Source: Lentimicrobiaceae bacterium (GTDB lineage Bacteria; Bacteroidota; Bacteroidia; Bacteroidales; F082). From it: 64,000 nucleotides of DNA. The notes under the pieces are model-generated. The model ran no database searches, was not told the DNA's origin, and saw nothing but the letters and a program-made list of their open reading frames with translations. Shown piece by piece: positions 8,242 through 19,863 of the stretch. The stretch lies in contig SUWV01000009.1 of NCBI GenBank assembly GCA_015061315.1, forward strand, positions 19,193 through 83,192, read 5' to 3'. The position numbers and the translations under genes were made by a program. Positions within the stretch are counted from its first letter, which is position 1, and each line of letters opens with the position of its first letter.

Positions 8242-9513
8242 TTAAAGTCTTCCATCTATAATATCTCTATCTAAAAATCCTTTAACATCATAAATGACAC
8301 TGTTCTCTTTCATCAATGATTTAAGATTTAATTTTGAAAATTCATTATGAGAGACAGCCAAGATTGCGGCGTCAAACGACTCATTCTCAGGAAGAACATT
8401 AGTAATTTCAATATCATATTCTTTTCTGACCAAATCAGCATCAGCCCATGGATCGTAGATAATGATATTATCGGTAAATTCATTCAAAGTATGATAAATA
8501 TCAACGACTTTGGTATTACGGATGTCGGGACAATTCTCTTTGAAAGTGATTCCGAGGATAAGAATTTTAGCATCTTTTACAAGCACGCCTTTCTTATTCA
8601 TAAGTTTAATTGTCTGATTGGCAACATATTCACCCATGCCATCATTGAGATGACGAGCCGCCGACATGATTCGAGGCAGCACTCCATAAACCTGAGCTTT
8701 CTGAATAAGATAATAAGGATCGACACCGATACAATGACCTCCAACTAATCCCGGATTGAGTTTTATGAAGTTCCACTTCGAGGAAGCTGCTTCTATAACA
8801 TCGTGAGTATCAATATTCATAGCATTAAAAATCTTAGCCAATTCATTCATGAAAGCGATATTGACATCACGTTGCGAGTTCTCGATAATCTTGGAAGCTT
8901 CAGCGACCTTTATCGAAGGAGCCTTATGAGTTCCATTGATTAACACAGAATTATAAACATCATCAATTAAATCTGCAATCTCTGGCGTAGATCCTGAAGT
9001 TACCTTCTTGATTTTCTCTACAGTATGCAATTTATCTCCTGGATTTATTCTTTCTGGAGAATAACCTGCAAAGAAATCTACATTGAATTTCAATCCGGAA
9101 ACTTTTTCTACTACAGGAATACATTCCTCTTCCGTGACGCCAGGATAAACCGTTGATTCATAAACTACAATATCGTTCTTAGAGATTACTTTTCCGACAG
9201 TCTCGCTGGCTTTTATCAATGGAGTAAGATTTGGTCTGTTGTTCTCATCGACAGGCGTTGGTACCGCCACGATATAAAAGTTAAAATCTTTTAAGTCTTC
9301 TATGTTAGTTGTACATCTAAAGCCATGATTATTGATAGTATAATTCAATAATTCATCTTCAACTTCAAGAGTTGAATCATGACCTGAATTTATCTCATCG
9401 ACTCTGAATTTATTTAAGTCAAAACCTATTGTCTCAAACTTTGTAGAAAAAAGTCGAGCGAGAGGAAGTCCCACATAACCAAGACCTATAACAGCGATTT
9501 TGATGTTTTTCAT
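8242..9513 (-). CDS. nucleotide-sugar 6-dehydrogenase (UDP-GlcNAc/GalNAc dehydrogenase, TviB/WbpO/CapL type)
   Basis: The N-terminal Rossmann motif is IAVIGLGYVGLPLA. The catalytic-Cys region is GLVGGHCIGVDPYY. The length is 423 aa. Confidence 0.85.
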   Translation of the reverse strand: MKNIKIAVIGLGYVGLPLARLFSTKFETIGFDLNKFRVDEINSGHDSTLEVEDELLNYTINNHGFRCTTNIEDLKDFNFYIVAVPTPVDENNRPNLTPLIKASETVGKVISKNDIVVYESTVYPGVTEEECIPVVEKVSGLKFNVDFFAGYSPERINPGDKLHTVEKIKKVTSGSTPEIADLIDDVYNSVLINGTHKAPSIKVAEASKIIENSQRDVNIAFMNELAKIFNAMNIDTHDVIEAASSKWNFIKLNPGLVGGHCIGVDPYYLIQKAQVYGVLPRIMSAARHLNDGMGEYVANQTIKLMNKKGVLVKDAKILILGITFKENCPDIRNTKVVDIYHTLNEFTDNIIIYDPWADADLVRKEYDIEITNVLPENESFDAAILAVSHNEFSKLNLKSLMKENSVIYDVKGFLDRDIIDGRL

Positions 9514-9525
9514 TGGATTATATTA

Positions 9526-10596
9526 TTATATAAATCTAATTTGCAGATTCAACTTTAGAAAATACTCTCCGTTTTCTTCGTATATTTTCCCGAAGTTATG
9601 ACGGCTTGTACTTGGTGTATCGAAAAAGGTATTATGATAAAGATATTCTTCCAAATCATTTCTGTCGAAAAAGTGATAACATATTATATTTCCGTCTTCT
9701 TTTACGATAATATAACCACCATTTGCATGAAACTGTCCGTACCAAGGTTTAGCAGATGTCATGCCGAGAGCAAATGCCAAAAGAAATTGTTTGACCTTGT
9801 ATTCATACATCGGTTGATCGGTACTATCCATAATATTCAGAGGATCTGTTTCTGTTATCAGTTTTATGGTGTCGGATAATGATTTTGATTTCCCTGAATA
9901 ATATAGCAACAAGGCTTCTGCAATAATTTTTTCTATACCTAAATCCAATAAGGTAAGATTATTATGAAAAACATTATTAGCAGTTGAGATATAAGAAAGT
10001 ATTGTGTCGTGAGATTGCAGATAATGGAATTTCTCTTTAAAATTGTCACACGAATTAAATTCATTCATTTGTTCTGCAGAGATACCATTCACTCGATATA
10101 TGAAATTTGTAGCGTCTTTATTAGAATTGATTAGTGACGATTTAGCTCCTAACTTAGATTTGATACTGTAACCGAGTTCTGGTTTAGAACCTCTTTTCAG
10201 GTCGTGAATAACAATTCTAATATCTGCCTTATCCGATGACTTTGCTTTAACCGTGTGAATATCTATCATCTCCATGAAAGATTCAATATATGAAAAGTCG
10301 GTGTTATCATTCTTAGATTTAATAAGAGCTAACAATGCAGCAGCCTCATTCGTAAACCTATCTTGTGGAACTTCAATATCGATGTTATTACCTTTTATTA
10401 TTATGCTTCTTCTTTCAGATTGTATCTTGTATGAATTCCTATCAGGTTTGTCATCTCTAAATAATTCTAAAACAGGATAGAATTTGTCATCATATCTATT
10501 TAGGTAAGCATCTCCACAATAAATACATCCATCTGAAAGCAATTTAAAGAAAGCATACAGTTCGCTCCATTCTCCTTTATTTCCTTTTAGTGCCAT
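9526..10596 (-). CDS. type II restriction endonuclease, HpaII family (probable CCGG specificity)
   Basis: With the start at ATG 10596 the product begins MALKGNKGEWSELYAFFKLL. As I recall it, this matches the conserved N-terminus of HpaII-family enzymes. The 356-aa length also fits. It overlaps the methyltransferase stop by 20 nt. Confidence 0.7.
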   Translation of the reverse strand: MALKGNKGEWSELYAFFKLLSDGCIYCGDAYLNRYDDKFYPVLELFRDDKPDRNSYKIQSERRSIIIKGNNIDIEVPQDRFTNEAAALLALIKSKNDNTDFSYIESFMEMIDIHTVKAKSSDKADIRIVIHDLKRGSKPELGYSIKSKLGAKSSLINSNKDATNFIYRVNGISAEQMNEFNSCDNFKEKFHYLQSHDTILSYISTANNVFHNNLTLLDLGIEKIIAEALLLYYSGKSKSLSDTIKLITETDPLNIMDSTDQPMYEYKVKQFLLAFALGMTSAKPWYGQFHANGGYIIVKEDGNIICYHFFDRNDLEEYLYHNTFFDTPSTSRHNFGKIYEENGEYFLKLNLQIRFI

Positions 10597-11827
10597 AATC
10601 TTTGTTTTTTGACAGATTAATTCTTTTAATAATTTCAGCAGCTGTCGCTTGAATTGCAGGGACCGCCACGGAATTTCCGAATTGCTTATAAGCCGAAGCA
10701 TCTGCAACTCCAATTATAAAATTATCTGGAAATCCTTGCAATCTTGCCCATTCTCGTGGTGTCATTCTACGAAGTCCGTCTCTGTTAACCTCACCTTTTA
10801 TACGTGTTACTGGCGTAAAGTCTTCCAAACGATTGTCAATTACTAAGTTTCTTTCTCTCCCCATGCCGCCAACTACAATGGCGTTTGCGACCTCATCATC
10901 ATTGATTATTTCATAACCAAAACCATTGCCCTTTGAAGCATGGCGTTCCTTATGCGCAATAAGAGTCTTAATATACTGCGTGGATAAATAATATTTTGCA
11001 GAAACAGTTTCTTTTTCTTTTACATCAGAGAAAGTTTTGGTGGTGTCTGTTGGTTTAGGATATGTAAATTCATTAACATTTTGGTCTTTCCTAAAACCAA
11101 CGATATATAATCTTTCACGATGTTGAGGGACACCGAAATTCATTGCATTTACTATCTGAGGTTCTGGAACATAATAATCTAAATCTTCTCTAAGAACTTT
11201 TAAGATTGTCTGAAGAGTTTTTCCTTTATCATGAATCAGCAGACCTTTTACATTTTCTAAGAAAAATGCTTTAGGTCTTTTACGGCGTAAAATCTCAGCT
11301 ACATCAAAAAACAACGTACCTCTTGTTTCCTCAAATCCCAATCGCTTTCCTGCCAATGAAAATGCCTGGCAAGGAAAACCCGCACATAACACATCAAAAT
11401 TATCAGGTATATATGATTTCGTACTTTCTTTAGTTATATCACCAAAAGGGACCTCTCCATAATTTAAAAGATATGTTTTTTGTGCTTGAGTATCCCACTC
11501 AGATGAGAATACACATTTACCACCAAGATTCTGCATCGCCAACCTAAATCCTCCAATGCCAGCGAATAAATCTATAAAAGTAAATTTATGATTTTCAATG
11601 GGTAAAAACGGGACTGAAAAAAAATCATCGAATAATGTATAGTATGAGGTATTTTCTGAAGGATGAGTTGTTACCTCATCATCAATATTATAATCATAGA
11701 TTTCTCTAATTAGAGTCTTTGCTCTCTCCTCATAATTATTTGCGAACCCATATCCTTTGTTATGTATATAGTGAGATATAACGGCAATCTGTTCTTCCTT
11801 TCCTTCGGTTTTTGTCTCTTTCTTCAT
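10577..11827 (-). CDS. DNA (cytosine-5)-methyltransferase
   Basis: All canonical m5C motifs are present: I FIDLFAGIGGF, IV GFPCQAFS, VI ENVKGL, VIII QHRERLYIVG and X GNSVAVP. Confidence 0.95.
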   Translation of the reverse strand: MKKETKTEGKEEQIAVISHYIHNKGYGFANNYEERAKTLIREIYDYNIDDEVTTHPSENTSYYTLFDDFFSVPFLPIENHKFTFIDLFAGIGGFRLAMQNLGGKCVFSSEWDTQAQKTYLLNYGEVPFGDITKESTKSYIPDNFDVLCAGFPCQAFSLAGKRLGFEETRGTLFFDVAEILRRKRPKAFFLENVKGLLIHDKGKTLQTILKVLREDLDYYVPEPQIVNAMNFGVPQHRERLYIVGFRKDQNVNEFTYPKPTDTTKTFSDVKEKETVSAKYYLSTQYIKTLIAHKERHASKGNGFGYEIINDDEVANAIVVGGMGRERNLVIDNRLEDFTPVTRIKGEVNRDGLRRMTPREWARLQGFPDNFIIGVADASAYKQFGNSVAVPAIQATAAEIIKRINLSKNKDYGTKRK

Positions 11828-11899
11828 TTAGCCCTATTTTTAAAAAATCACAATCTTATGTCCATCATCTATAGATGGAGAATTGTACACAATACTCTG

Positions 11900-11907
11900 C
11901 AAATATA
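11900..11907 (-). promoter_or_regulatory. -7 box TATATTTG (minus strand) for the methyltransferase/endonuclease pair
   Basis: The reverse complement of CAAATATA matches TAnnTTTG. It lies 73 nt upstream of the methyltransferase ATG. Confidence 0.45.
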
Positions 11908-12023
11908 AACATTTTATAAATGAAAATAATTAGTTTTTTACATGTTTAAAAAACTCTCATATTTTTCAGAATCAAGATCTCTCAATTCCAAAAAATCTTT
12001 TGACTTTACTCTTCTAATTTTCT

Positions 12024-12031
12024 TATCTTTG
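12024..12031 (+). promoter_or_regulatory. -7 box TATCTTTG with a TTTG -33 element at 11999-12002, upstream of wecC
   Basis: A perfect TAnnTTTG. TTTG lies 21 nt upstream. The ATG at 12052 follows. Confidence 0.6.
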
Positions 12032-12051
12032 CAAATCAATAAATTTTAAGT

Positions 12052-13260
12052 ATGAGAGCTTGTTTCATGGGATTAGGTTACATCGGTCTGCCAACGGCAA
12101 TTATCGCTGCAAAACATGGTATCGATGTGATTGGAGTGGATATTAATAAGGAAGTCGTAGAAACTACCAACGAAGGTCGACTTCATATCATAGAACCTGG
12201 ATTGGAATCATTGCTAAAAGATGTCGTAACCAACGGTAAATTAAAAGCTTATACAGAGCCTCAGATCTGTGACGCTTATTTTATCGTCGTCCCGACTCCT
12301 TTCAAAGGCGACCACGAACCCGACATCTCTTACGTGGAAGCTGCCACTCGCATGGTAATTCCGCTCCTTAAACCTAACGACCTCTTCGTCATCGAATCTA
12401 CATCACCAGTAGGAACTACAGAAAAGATGATGAATCTTATTTATGAAACAAGACCAGAACTTAAAGGCTTGATTTACATAGCTTATTGTCCTGAACGCGT
12501 GCTTCCTGGAAACGTGATCTATGAACTCGAGAACAACGATCGCGTCATAGGCGGAATCAACGAGGCTTCGACGGAAAAAGCTAAAGAGTTTTATAGGATT
12601 TTCGTTAAAGGAAATTTACATTCCACTAACAGCCGCACCGCCGAGATGTGCAAACTCACCGAAAATTCATCACGCGACGTGCAAATAGCTTTCGCCAACG
12701 AACTTTCAATAATATGTGATAAAGCTGGAATCAATGTGTGGGAACTCATAGATTTAGCCAATAAACATCCGCGAGTCAATATCTTACGTCCTGGTTGCGG
12801 AGTTGGCGGACATTGCATCGCAGTAGATCCTTATTTCATTACAGCCGATTATCCAAAAGAATCAAAGATTATCGCAACAGCAAGAGAAATAAATAATTAC
12901 AAGGCTTTATGGTGCGTGGAGAAAATAAAAAACTGTATGCTTGAGTTTGAACTCAAAAATCATCGCAGTCCTAAAGTCGCAATGATGGGTCTCGCTTTTA
13001 AACCTAATATCGACGACCTTAGAGAATCTCCCGCGAAGTCTATAACAACCAAAGTAATACAGTCGTGCAACAATCCCGACATTATGGTTGTGGAACCTAA
13101 CGTGAAAGAAAATAATCTCTTCAAACTCACTGATTATAAAGCAGCTTACGATTCAGCTGATATTGTCGTTTTCCTCGTAAATCATAAAGAATTTGCAGAA
13201 TTGAATTATAGAAACGACATAATAGTCTTGGATTTTTGCGGTAATAATGTGATAAAATAA
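12052..13260 (+). CDS. wecC: UDP-N-acetyl-D-mannosamine dehydrogenase
   Basis: GLGYIGLP Rossmann motif, GCGVGGHCIAVDPYF, 402 aa, and located directly upstream of wecB. Confidence 0.85.
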   Translation: MRACFMGLGYIGLPTAIIAAKHGIDVIGVDINKEVVETTNEGRLHIIEPGLESLLKDVVTNGKLKAYTEPQICDAYFIVVPTPFKGDHEPDISYVEAATRMVIPLLKPNDLFVIESTSPVGTTEKMMNLIYETRPELKGLIYIAYCPERVLPGNVIYELENNDRVIGGINEASTEKAKEFYRIFVKGNLHSTNSRTAEMCKLTENSSRDVQIAFANELSIICDKAGINVWELIDLANKHPRVNILRPGCGVGGHCIAVDPYFITADYPKESKIIATAREINNYKALWCVEKIKNCMLEFELKNHRSPKVAMMGLAFKPNIDDLRESPAKSITTKVIQSCNNPDIMVVEPNVKENNLFKLTDYKAAYDSADIVVFLVNHKEFAELNYRNDIIVLDFCGNNVIK

Positions 13261-13289
13261 ATTAAGAACTTGCTCAAATTTTAATAAAG

Positions 13290-14468
13290 ATGAAGAAAGT
13301 ATTGTTGGTATTTGGAACACGTCCTGAAGCTATCAAGATGGCTCCATTAGTAAAGAAATTTCAAGAAGACTCTGAATTTCAAACTATTGTATGTGTGACA
13401 GCCCAACATCGCGAAATGCTTGATCAAGTTCTCGACATCTTTGACATAAAACCTGACTATGATTTGAATATCATGAAACAAGGTCAGGATTTATACGATA
13501 TAACATCAAGAGTCTTGCTCGGACTTCGTGACGTTCTTAACGAAACAAATCCAGATGTCGTTCTTGTTCATGGCGACACAACTACTTCAACAGCAGCGGC
13601 ATTGGCAGCTTTCTACAAGCAAATTCCCGTCGCTCATGTCGAAGCTGGACTTAGAACCAATAATATTTACAGTCCTTGGCCAGAAGAAATGAACCGCAGA
13701 ATAACAGGACGCATCGCAACCTATCATCTTGCGCCAACGGAACTAAGTCGTCAGAATCTTTTGAAAGAAAATGTTGATAATCAAAATATAATTATTACAG
13801 GTAACACTGTTATCGACGCTTTGTTATGGGTTGTCAATAAAATTAAAAGTGACGCCAATCTCGCCGAAACATTGCAAATAAATATTAAGAATAACGGTTA
13901 CGATATAAATCGTATTTCATGTGAAGACACACGTCCGTGTGCCTCTACAAGAAAACTCGTTCTTATCACAGGACATCGTCGCGAGAACTTTGGAGAAGGT
14001 TTTAGAAATATCTGTAATGCAATCAAGACATTATCTATAAAATATCCTGATGTCGATTTTGTTTATCCGATGCATTTAAATCCTAATGTACGTAAGCCTA
14101 TAGCAGAAATTTTCGGTAACGACAAAGATAAATCAGGGAACACTTTTTTCATAGAACCTCTTGATTATCTTAACTTTGTCTTTTTGATGGAAAAAGCAGA
14201 CATCATCTTGACCGACAGCGGTGGCATACAAGAAGAAGCACCGAGTCTCGGAAAACCAGTCTTGGTAATGCGCGACAATACCGAACGTCCGGAAGCTTTA
14301 GAAGCCGGGACAGTGAAACTCGTTGGAACTGATTACGATAAGATTATCAATGAAGTTTCGGAATTATTGGATAACGAAGAATCTTACAACAAGATGAGCA
14401 AGGCTGTCAACCCATACGGCGACGGATCAGCCTGCAAAAGAATCGTCGATTTCATGAAAAAGAACTGA
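13290..14468 (+). CDS. wecB: UDP-N-acetylglucosamine 2-epimerase (non-hydrolysing)
   Basis: [51 protein letters not shown] and NPYGDG are the full WecB signature set. Confidence 0.95.
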   Translation: MKKVLLVFGTRPEAIKMAPLVKKFQEDSEFQTIVCVTAQHREMLDQVLDIFDIKPDYDLNIMKQGQDLYDITSRVLLGLRDVLNETNPDVVLVHGDTTTSTAAALAAFYKQIPVAHVEAGLRTNNIYSPWPEEMNRRITGRIATYHLAPTELSRQNLLKENVDNQNIIITGNTVIDALLWVVNKIKSDANLAETLQINIKNNGYDINRISCEDTRPCASTRKLVLITGHRRENFGEGFRNICNAIKTLSIKYPDVDFVYPMHLNPNVRKPIAEIFGNDKDKSGNTFFIEPLDYLNFVFLMEKADIILTDSGGIQEEAPSLGKPVLVMRDNTERPEALEAGTVKLVGTDYDKIINEVSELLDNEESYNKMSKAVNPYGDGSACKRIVDFMKKN

Positions 14469-15727
14469 GTTCTTAACGAAACCTGATTCCTTATCGAATT
14501 GTTTCTCTTTGCCTTGACAAACTAATTCTAAAAATCTCGCTATCGTGCTTCCTAACTTGCCTTCTAAATGAGTGTTAGAAGAAGCATTATAATATTGTAA
14601 AATTTCTTTTGTCGGCATCACTTCTATTGGATTCTTAATGAATTTTAACAATTCATCTTCAGTATTTGCTAATTTAACCAAATTATTTTTAACAAAATTA
14701 TAATCATCAAGAATGATGTTGTTAGATATATTAAAAAGTACAGTGGGACAATACATTATAGAAGCATCAAGGTGAATTGCCGATTCATTGGAAATCATGA
14801 AATCGATTTTAGATATAAAATCAAATGAGCTTTCTTCTTTAGGATTGGAAATCGCAATGTTATTTTTTATTAACCATTCTGTATTAAGATGCTGATAACG
14901 AGGATGCGGACGGAGAATCAAATCATGATAGTTATTATTTTTTAAGAAAAGACAAAGTTTTTTAACTTTATCAAAATCATCTAACATATTGATTGCTACG
15001 CCAATTTTCTTTACGTCATAATTTCTTTTAACAATTTTATCATAAAGAAAATCGAAACGGACTCCGCCAGAGAGATAAACCTCGCCTTTAGGTAAGCCTG
15101 CATAAAAATATTTCTCCAACGACTCTTTTCCATCTAAGAAGGAATATGTAAAGTCAAGTCTTGGAAATCCTTTCTTCACAGAAGCGTGCTGCACATAAAC
15201 TGTCTTAATTCCTCTTTCTAAAGCATTAAAAATCAAGCATCTGTTAATGTCGTTATGATCATTTGCAAGAACTAAAACCTTTACCTCATATTTATCCAAC
15301 ATCTCACCTGCAATCTCATAAAGTCCGTATGTCGTCAAAAGACGTGTGAAATATTTAAGAATCAGAGCTTTATCTTCTTTATTAGATTTTTTGTAAAGTT
15401 TTATTAAGGTAGAAAGATAAGGAATGCTATGCCACCAGGCGCGCCTTTTATGAACGTCTGTAATATGATTATTGAGATATAGATATGTGTCTTTTTCAAT
15501 ATTGTTGATTATCGGTTCCAAAGAGCGTCTGTTGTTGAGCGAGACTCCAAAGAAAAGCAATCCTTTATAATTGACAGGCAACGACTTATATTTAAAATGT
15601 ACGATAAAAGTGTAATAAAAAAGCTGTCCGATGAAAATACATATCTGCTTGAATAATGAAGGTTGCTTTTCCTTCACAATTCGTGATATTTCATTGATTT
15701 CTAAAACGTTAAGATTACTATATTTCA

Positions 15728-15728
<1 letters not shown>
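14427..15728 (-). CDS. unassigned GT-B-like transferase; candidate nonulosonic-acid/Kdo-type or TagF-like transferase
   Basis: 433 aa. It has VYVQHA and LRPHPRY (an H-P motif as in bacterial sialyltransferases and TagF-type enzymes) and [10 protein letters not shown]. It is the last gene of the NeuB operon. The family is not recognised with confidence. Confidence 0.35.
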
Positions 15729-16695
<967 letters not shown>

Positions 16696-17739
16696 CTATT
16701 CTAAATTTTGAGGATATATAATTTCGTTTCTTGGTATTTCAATCTTAACTTTTTTGCCTATAACAGATTGTCTTTCTGACCATTTAAAACCATCGCCAGG
16801 ACTTAAAAGATGAATGTCGTTTTCAGAAATCACCTCACCGACTTTTAGATTTCTGTTTGTGGCAATAGAGCGTTCGAGTTTAATTTTGCTATTTTTAACC
16901 TCAGGCTCGATGAAGATTTCTTCTTTTCCCATCGACATCTCAGTGATTCTGATGTCGCGAATCATTCGGTTCACGCCGTCAGGACCTAAAGAACCAGCTT
17001 GATCTGTACCTTTCATTCTTCTGTCGATAGTGACGTGTTTCTCAATGATTTCCGCTCCCATAGCAATAGCAGCGACTGGCGCAGAAATTCCTATCGTATG
17101 ATCGGAGAAACCGATTTTATATTGAGGATAATTCTTTTTTAAATATGTTATTGTATTAAGGTTCAAATTGTTAGGATGAGTTGGATATTGAGACACGCAA
17201 TGAAGAATTGAAATATTGCTGTGATATTTTGTAATTACTTCAAGAGCTTCATCTAATTCTTTTTTCCCCGCCATTCCTGTCGAAAGAATCATCGGGATTT
17301 TTGTCTCGGCAAGTACTTCAAGTAATGGAATATTTGTCAGGTCACGACTCGCAACTTTCAGATAATCAGGAGTAAAATATTTCATTATACTAAGGCAGGA
17401 AGGAGCGCACAATGTCTCAACAAAATCTAAACCTCTTTCCTTTGCATATTTATAAACCTCATAATGTTGCTCATCAGAAAGTTCTAAGTAAGCTCGATGT
17501 TCACCGTAAGTTCTTCCAAATGAATTAGGTGAGTCATAAATTCTCGACATCTGAGAATCAGACAGTTCGTGAGCCAAATCGCGTTTCGTCATCTTAACAG
17601 CATTCATTGGTTGAAGCTCGATGCCGAAATATTCTTCTCTCACAGGACGTGAGACAAGTTCAACTATTAGTTTCGCAATATCAACAGAACCATTATGATT
17701 CTGTCCGATCTCACCTATTATATATGTTCCTTTATTCAT
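16696..17739 (-). CDS. neuB: NeuB-family nonulosonic acid (N-acetylneuraminate/KDN or its 9-phosphate) synthase
   Basis: YIIGEIGQNHNGS at the N-terminus, HCVSQYPT, FSDHT and a C-terminal SAF-like domain (GEVISENDIHLLSPGDG). Confidence 0.85.
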   Translation of the reverse strand: MNKGTYIIGEIGQNHNGSVDIAKLIVELVSRPVREEYFGIELQPMNAVKMTKRDLAHELSDSQMSRIYDSPNSFGRTYGEHRAYLELSDEQHYEVYKYAKERGLDFVETLCAPSCLSIMKYFTPDYLKVASRDLTNIPLLEVLAETKIPMILSTGMAGKKELDEALEVITKYHSNISILHCVSQYPTHPNNLNLNTITYLKKNYPQYKIGFSDHTIGISAPVAAIAMGAEIIEKHVTIDRRMKGTDQAGSLGPDGVNRMIRDIRITEMSMGKEEIFIEPEVKNSKIKLERSIATNRNLKVGEVISENDIHLLSPGDGFKWSERQSVIGKKVKIEIPRNEIIYPQNLE

Positions 17740-17740
17740 A

Positions 17741-18499
17741 TTATTTCTGGTTTTTTAAAATCTCATTTTTCATAATTGCATGATATTCTTTATTTTCATT
17801 AAGAAATGTGAGAACATCAAAAGCATTGAAATCTGGTTTTATCTTATATATCTTATTGAATATTTCTTTTTGAATATCGAAATCAATTTGAGTATCTATT
17901 GTCAATCTTATGTCGTCGTGTTCGTCAATTACTTCAGGAATGTTAAAAAATCTTATGTTAAAATCATTAGGATTTGCATAGATGAAGTTTGTGACATGCT
18001 CGTGATAAAGATTTTCGTCTGTCATTGATTTTACTTTTTTCAAAGCATTGAGAGTCACAGCCTCAGCCCAGAAACCGTAATGTGTTTTAATTGTAGGAGT
18101 TCCATTTGAAGTCATGAACGACATATAATCATAATCTGACTTTTCAAAATTATCTAAAAGGAAATTAAGAAATTCCAAATCCAAGAAAGGATTATCGGCG
18201 CAAACTCTTATGATCTTCTTCGCATTAAATTCATTTGCTGCATCAATGAAACGCTGAAGCACATCATTTTCAGAACCACGAAAATAATTTACGCCATATT
18301 CTTTTGCAATATCTGTTAAAACGTCGTTATTTTCATTTGTCGATGTTGCGAGAATAATATTATTTTTATCAATAATTGATGTTAATCTTTTAAGAATCAA
18401 CGAGAAGATACCTTCATTCTCATAGAAAGGAAGTATCATCTTTTGAGGAAGTCGAGTCGAGCCGGTTCGGGCTTGTATGATAATTTTTGCTTCGTTCAT
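17741..18499 (-). CDS. acylneuraminate cytidylyltransferase family protein (CMP-nonulosonate synthetase / SpsF-like)
   Basis: The N-terminus IIIQARTGSTRLPQKM matches the CTP_transf_3 signature. It is adjacent to neuB. Confidence 0.75.
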   Translation of the reverse strand: MNEAKIIIQARTGSTRLPQKMILPFYENEGIFSLILKRLTSIIDKNNIILATSTNENNDVLTDIAKEYGVNYFRGSENDVLQRFIDAANEFNAKKIIRVCADNPFLDLEFLNFLLDNFEKSDYDYMSFMTSNGTPTIKTHYGFWAEAVTLNALKKVKSMTDENLYHEHVTNFIYANPNDFNIRFFNIPEVIDEHDDIRLTIDTQIDFDIQKEIFNKIYKIKPDFNAFDVLTFLNENKEYHAIMKNEILKNQK

Positions 18500-19860
18500 T
18501 TCTTAATTTTTTTATAGCTATAAAACGTGTCAATTATTGTTTCGATTAGATTAACATAATCTTTTGCCAAAGCACGTCGTGAATAATTTTCAACGACTTC
18601 GTTTTTCTTTGTAATAAGTTGATTTTCTTTATATTTATTAAACAAATCAATAATTGCGTTTTTCATTCCCTCTTTATCATCAAAGTCGACGATAAAACCA
18701 GATTTCGTTTTGTCGAGGATAATTGCTGTGTCACCGTCAGTTGGACCAATAGCGAAAATCGGTCGTCCTGATGCCATATATTCAAAGATTTTTCCAGTCA
18801 TGATGCCTTTAGCGTTAGGCGAATTGTTAATAAATAATAACAAAATCTGAGATGAACTCTGTTCCGCAATCACCTTTTCATGAGGAATATAAGGAATTAT
18901 CTCGACATTATTCTCCAAATTATTTTTCTTAATAGATTCAATGACAGAATTATCGACTTGACCTATCAATCTAATTTTTAGCAGTTTAGAAAAATCTTTG
19001 ATATTATCTTCCTTTATTATTTCACCAAGAGTTTCCCAAAAACGAACTGCATTTCTCGCCGCGCCTACTATTCCTACATGCGACATCGTGAAATCTGAAG
19101 ATAATTTAACATTTGTTAATTTTTCTTCAATATTAAAATCGTATCCGTTAGTAATAACTTCTACATTTTTTGCGCCGTGACCTTCGAGACCTTTAGCCCA
19201 ATCCCAACCTACTGTCACGACTTTATCAGCTTCAGTAAGAACTTGATATTGAAGATTATGATGTTTCTTTAAACTTCTTTTTGTCAATTTCAATTCACTA
19301 AAGAAATCGATGTCGGTCCAAGGATCGCGGAAGTCGGCAATCCAAGGAATGTTAAATTTTTTATGTAATTCTTTAGCGATAAGATGCATTGAATGAGGAG
19401 GTCCCGTTGAGATAATCGCATCGACAGGATTCTTTTCTAAATATTTTTTAAGAAAATTAATTGAAGGTTTAATCCACCAACAACGAGCGTCAGGAATAAA
19501 TAAATTTCCTCTTAACCAAACACTTAGATTTTCTTTCCATGAAGATTTCTTCTTACCTTCATTGATAAATCCAGCCTTTATCTTCTCATCCTTCTTGATT
19601 CCTAAAAACTTCTTATATAAAGAATAAGGCTCAACTATTTTACGTCTTAATATCTCAGCGTCAGGAGCTACATCTTTTTCCAACGACAGATCCTCAACAG
19701 GATATTCAGCATCTTCGGCAGTGTAAATAACAGGTTGCCAGCCATTTTCAGGAAAATACTTCGACATCTTCAACCAACGTTGAACGCCAGATCCGCCCGA
19801 TGGAGGCCAGTAGTATGTTATGATTAGCACACGTTTCATTTCTATAAAGTCAACAGACAA
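18496..19860 (-). CDS. glycosyltransferase, GT-B fold (GT4-like)
   Basis: VLIITYYWPPSGGSG at the N-terminus and a C-terminal E-x7-E-like region (KIFEYMASGRPIFA). The likely start is the Met at 19839. Confidence 0.7.
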   Translation of the reverse strand: MSVDFIEMKRVLIITYYWPPSGGSGVQRWLKMSKYFPENGWQPVIYTAEDAEYPVEDLSLEKDVAPDAEILRRKIVEPYSLYKKFLGIKKDEKIKAGFINEGKKKSSWKENLSVWLRGNLFIPDARCWWIKPSINFLKKYLEKNPVDAIISTGPPHSMHLIAKELHKKFNIPWIADFRDPWTDIDFFSELKLTKRSLKKHHNLQYQVLTEADKVVTVGWDWAKGLEGHGAKNVEVITNGYDFNIEEKLTNVKLSSDFTMSHVGIVGAARNAVRFWETLGEIIKEDNIKDFSKLLKIRLIGQVDNSVIESIKKNNLENNVEIIPYIPHEKVIAEQSSSQILLLFINNSPNAKGIMTGKIFEYMASGRPIFAIGPTDGDTAIILDKTKSGFIVDFDDKEGMKNAIIDLFNKYKENQLITKKNEVVENYSRRALAKDYVNLIETIIDTFYSYKKIKK

Positions 19861-19863
19861 CGG

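Noticed and set aside
10597-10713. N-terminal extension of the restriction endonuclease ORF (MELQMLRLISNSEIPW...) overlapping the methyltransferase by 137 nt
   Set aside because: The conserved HpaII-type N-terminus starts at the internal Met (MALKGNKGEWSELY, ATG 10596). The extension lies entirely within the methyltransferase coding frame shadow.
14427-14468. 42-bp convergent overlap of wecB and 14427..15728, considered as a sign of frameshift or misassembly
   Set aside because: wecB ends with the canonical NPYGDG...RI tail, so its stop is genuine. The minus-strand ORF is uninterrupted. Short convergent overlaps occur naturally. This is flagged only as a note.
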